From: Alcaligenaceae bacterium
GTDB lineage: Bacteria; Pseudomonadota; Gammaproteobacteria; Burkholderiales; Burkholderiaceae_B
Direction of reading: 5' to 3'
NCBI GenBank assembly: GCA_030538235.1
Contig: JAUNUJ010000006.1
Location: 17,699 to 81,698 of the forward strand
DNA length: 64,000 nt
Part shown: positions 63,416 through 64,000 of the stretch, piece by piece
Position numbering within the stretch: the first letter of the stretch is position 1
How the letters are laid out: each line of letters begins with the position of its first letter
Program-made: the position numbers and the translations under genes
Notes under the pieces: generated by a model
Told to the model about the DNA's origin: nothing
The model's database searches: none
The model's input: the letters and a program-made list of their open reading frames with translations, nothing else

Positions 63416-64000
63416 TTAGTTTACAGCGACTTCTTCAGGAGCCAATTGTAGACGGCCTAAGATAGAGGCAACTTCTTGTATCCGTTGTTCTAGTTTCCAA
63501 CCCTCTTTAAGATCAACCTGAATTCGTTCGGGTCCCTTAAAGTGAATGTGTTTATTTCTTTGCACCAAATCAATCAGACTCAACGGATCGACCTTAGACG
63601 ATTTATTAAAAGTGATAATCGCCTTGTCGTCGCCTATATCAACTACTGTGATGGTAAATGGCTCGGCTAGTATGCGCAATCGATGGGTCGAGAGCAAGTT
63701 CTTGGCCTCGTCGACTAAGCTACCGAAGCGGTCAATTAACTCCTCTTGAATATCACGTAACTCATCCATTGAGGCCGCATGTGAGAGGCGCTTATAAATT
63801 GACAAGCGAGCACTGACGTCAGGACAGTAGTCGGCCGGTAGGAGGGCAGAAGCGTGTAATCTAACCTCACAACTTTGCTCAAAGGGCGACTCATAATTAG
63901 GTTCTTTGCCATCTTTTAAGGCCCTGATCGCTTTGTTTAGCATCTCGGTATACAGCGTGAAACCGATTTCTTGGATATTGCCCGATTGTGCTTCACCGAG
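63416..64000 (-). CDS. mfd: Transcription-repair coupling factor, C-terminal part (5' truncated by window edge)
   Basis: LGEAQSGNIQEIGFTLYTEML, LPADY, RLSIYKRL, ELIDRFG. Confidence 0.93.
   Translation of the reverse strand, partial: LGEAQSGNIQEIGFTLYTEMLNKAIRALKDGKEPNYESPFEQSCEVRLHASALLPADYCPDVSARLSIYKRLSHAASMDELRDIQEELIDRFGSLVDEAKNLLSTHRLRILAEPFTITVVDIGDDKAIITFNKSSKVDPLSLIDLVQRNKHIHFKGPERIQVDLKEGWKLEQRIQEVASILGRLQLAPEEVAVN

Overview
Chromosomal window from a betaproteobacterium. The mdh-gntR-sdhCDAB-sdhE-gltA block, earP-efp and prpBC suggest Alcaligenaceae, possibly Oligella-like (inference). 1-7.2 kb is the tail of a type III-like CRISPR-Cas locus: cas6 3' end, leader with an IHF consensus, 19 repeats/18 spacers, csx16, a dead IS3-family element, a Can2/Card1-like CARF nuclease, and an inverted cas2-cas1-cas2 module. 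7.3-13.2 kb holds an ABC transporter-nnrS operon with Fur-like boxes, plus tehB and trhA. 13.3-19.3 kb, just 3' of tRNA-Ser(GCT), is an accessory region: a frameshifted CdiI-like immunity remnant, then a 5.36 kb cassette bounded by exact 16-bp direct repeats. The cassette carries a MocR regulator divergent from an AT-rich operon for a variant cysteine synthase, serine acetyltransferase, EamA exporter and AlaX-type tRNA-editing protein. This is the best candidate for an undescribed system: non-proteinogenic amino acid synthesis or detoxification with tRNA-proofreading self-protection. The rest is mostly core metabolism (lysC, mmsB, efp/earP, acnA/acnB, argG, prpBC, mdh, sdh, gltA, gdhA, rho, trxA, parEC, serB, mfd), with an integrase remnant and arsRCB next to tRNA-Ile2. 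All calls come from motif recognition by eye; no database searches were run.
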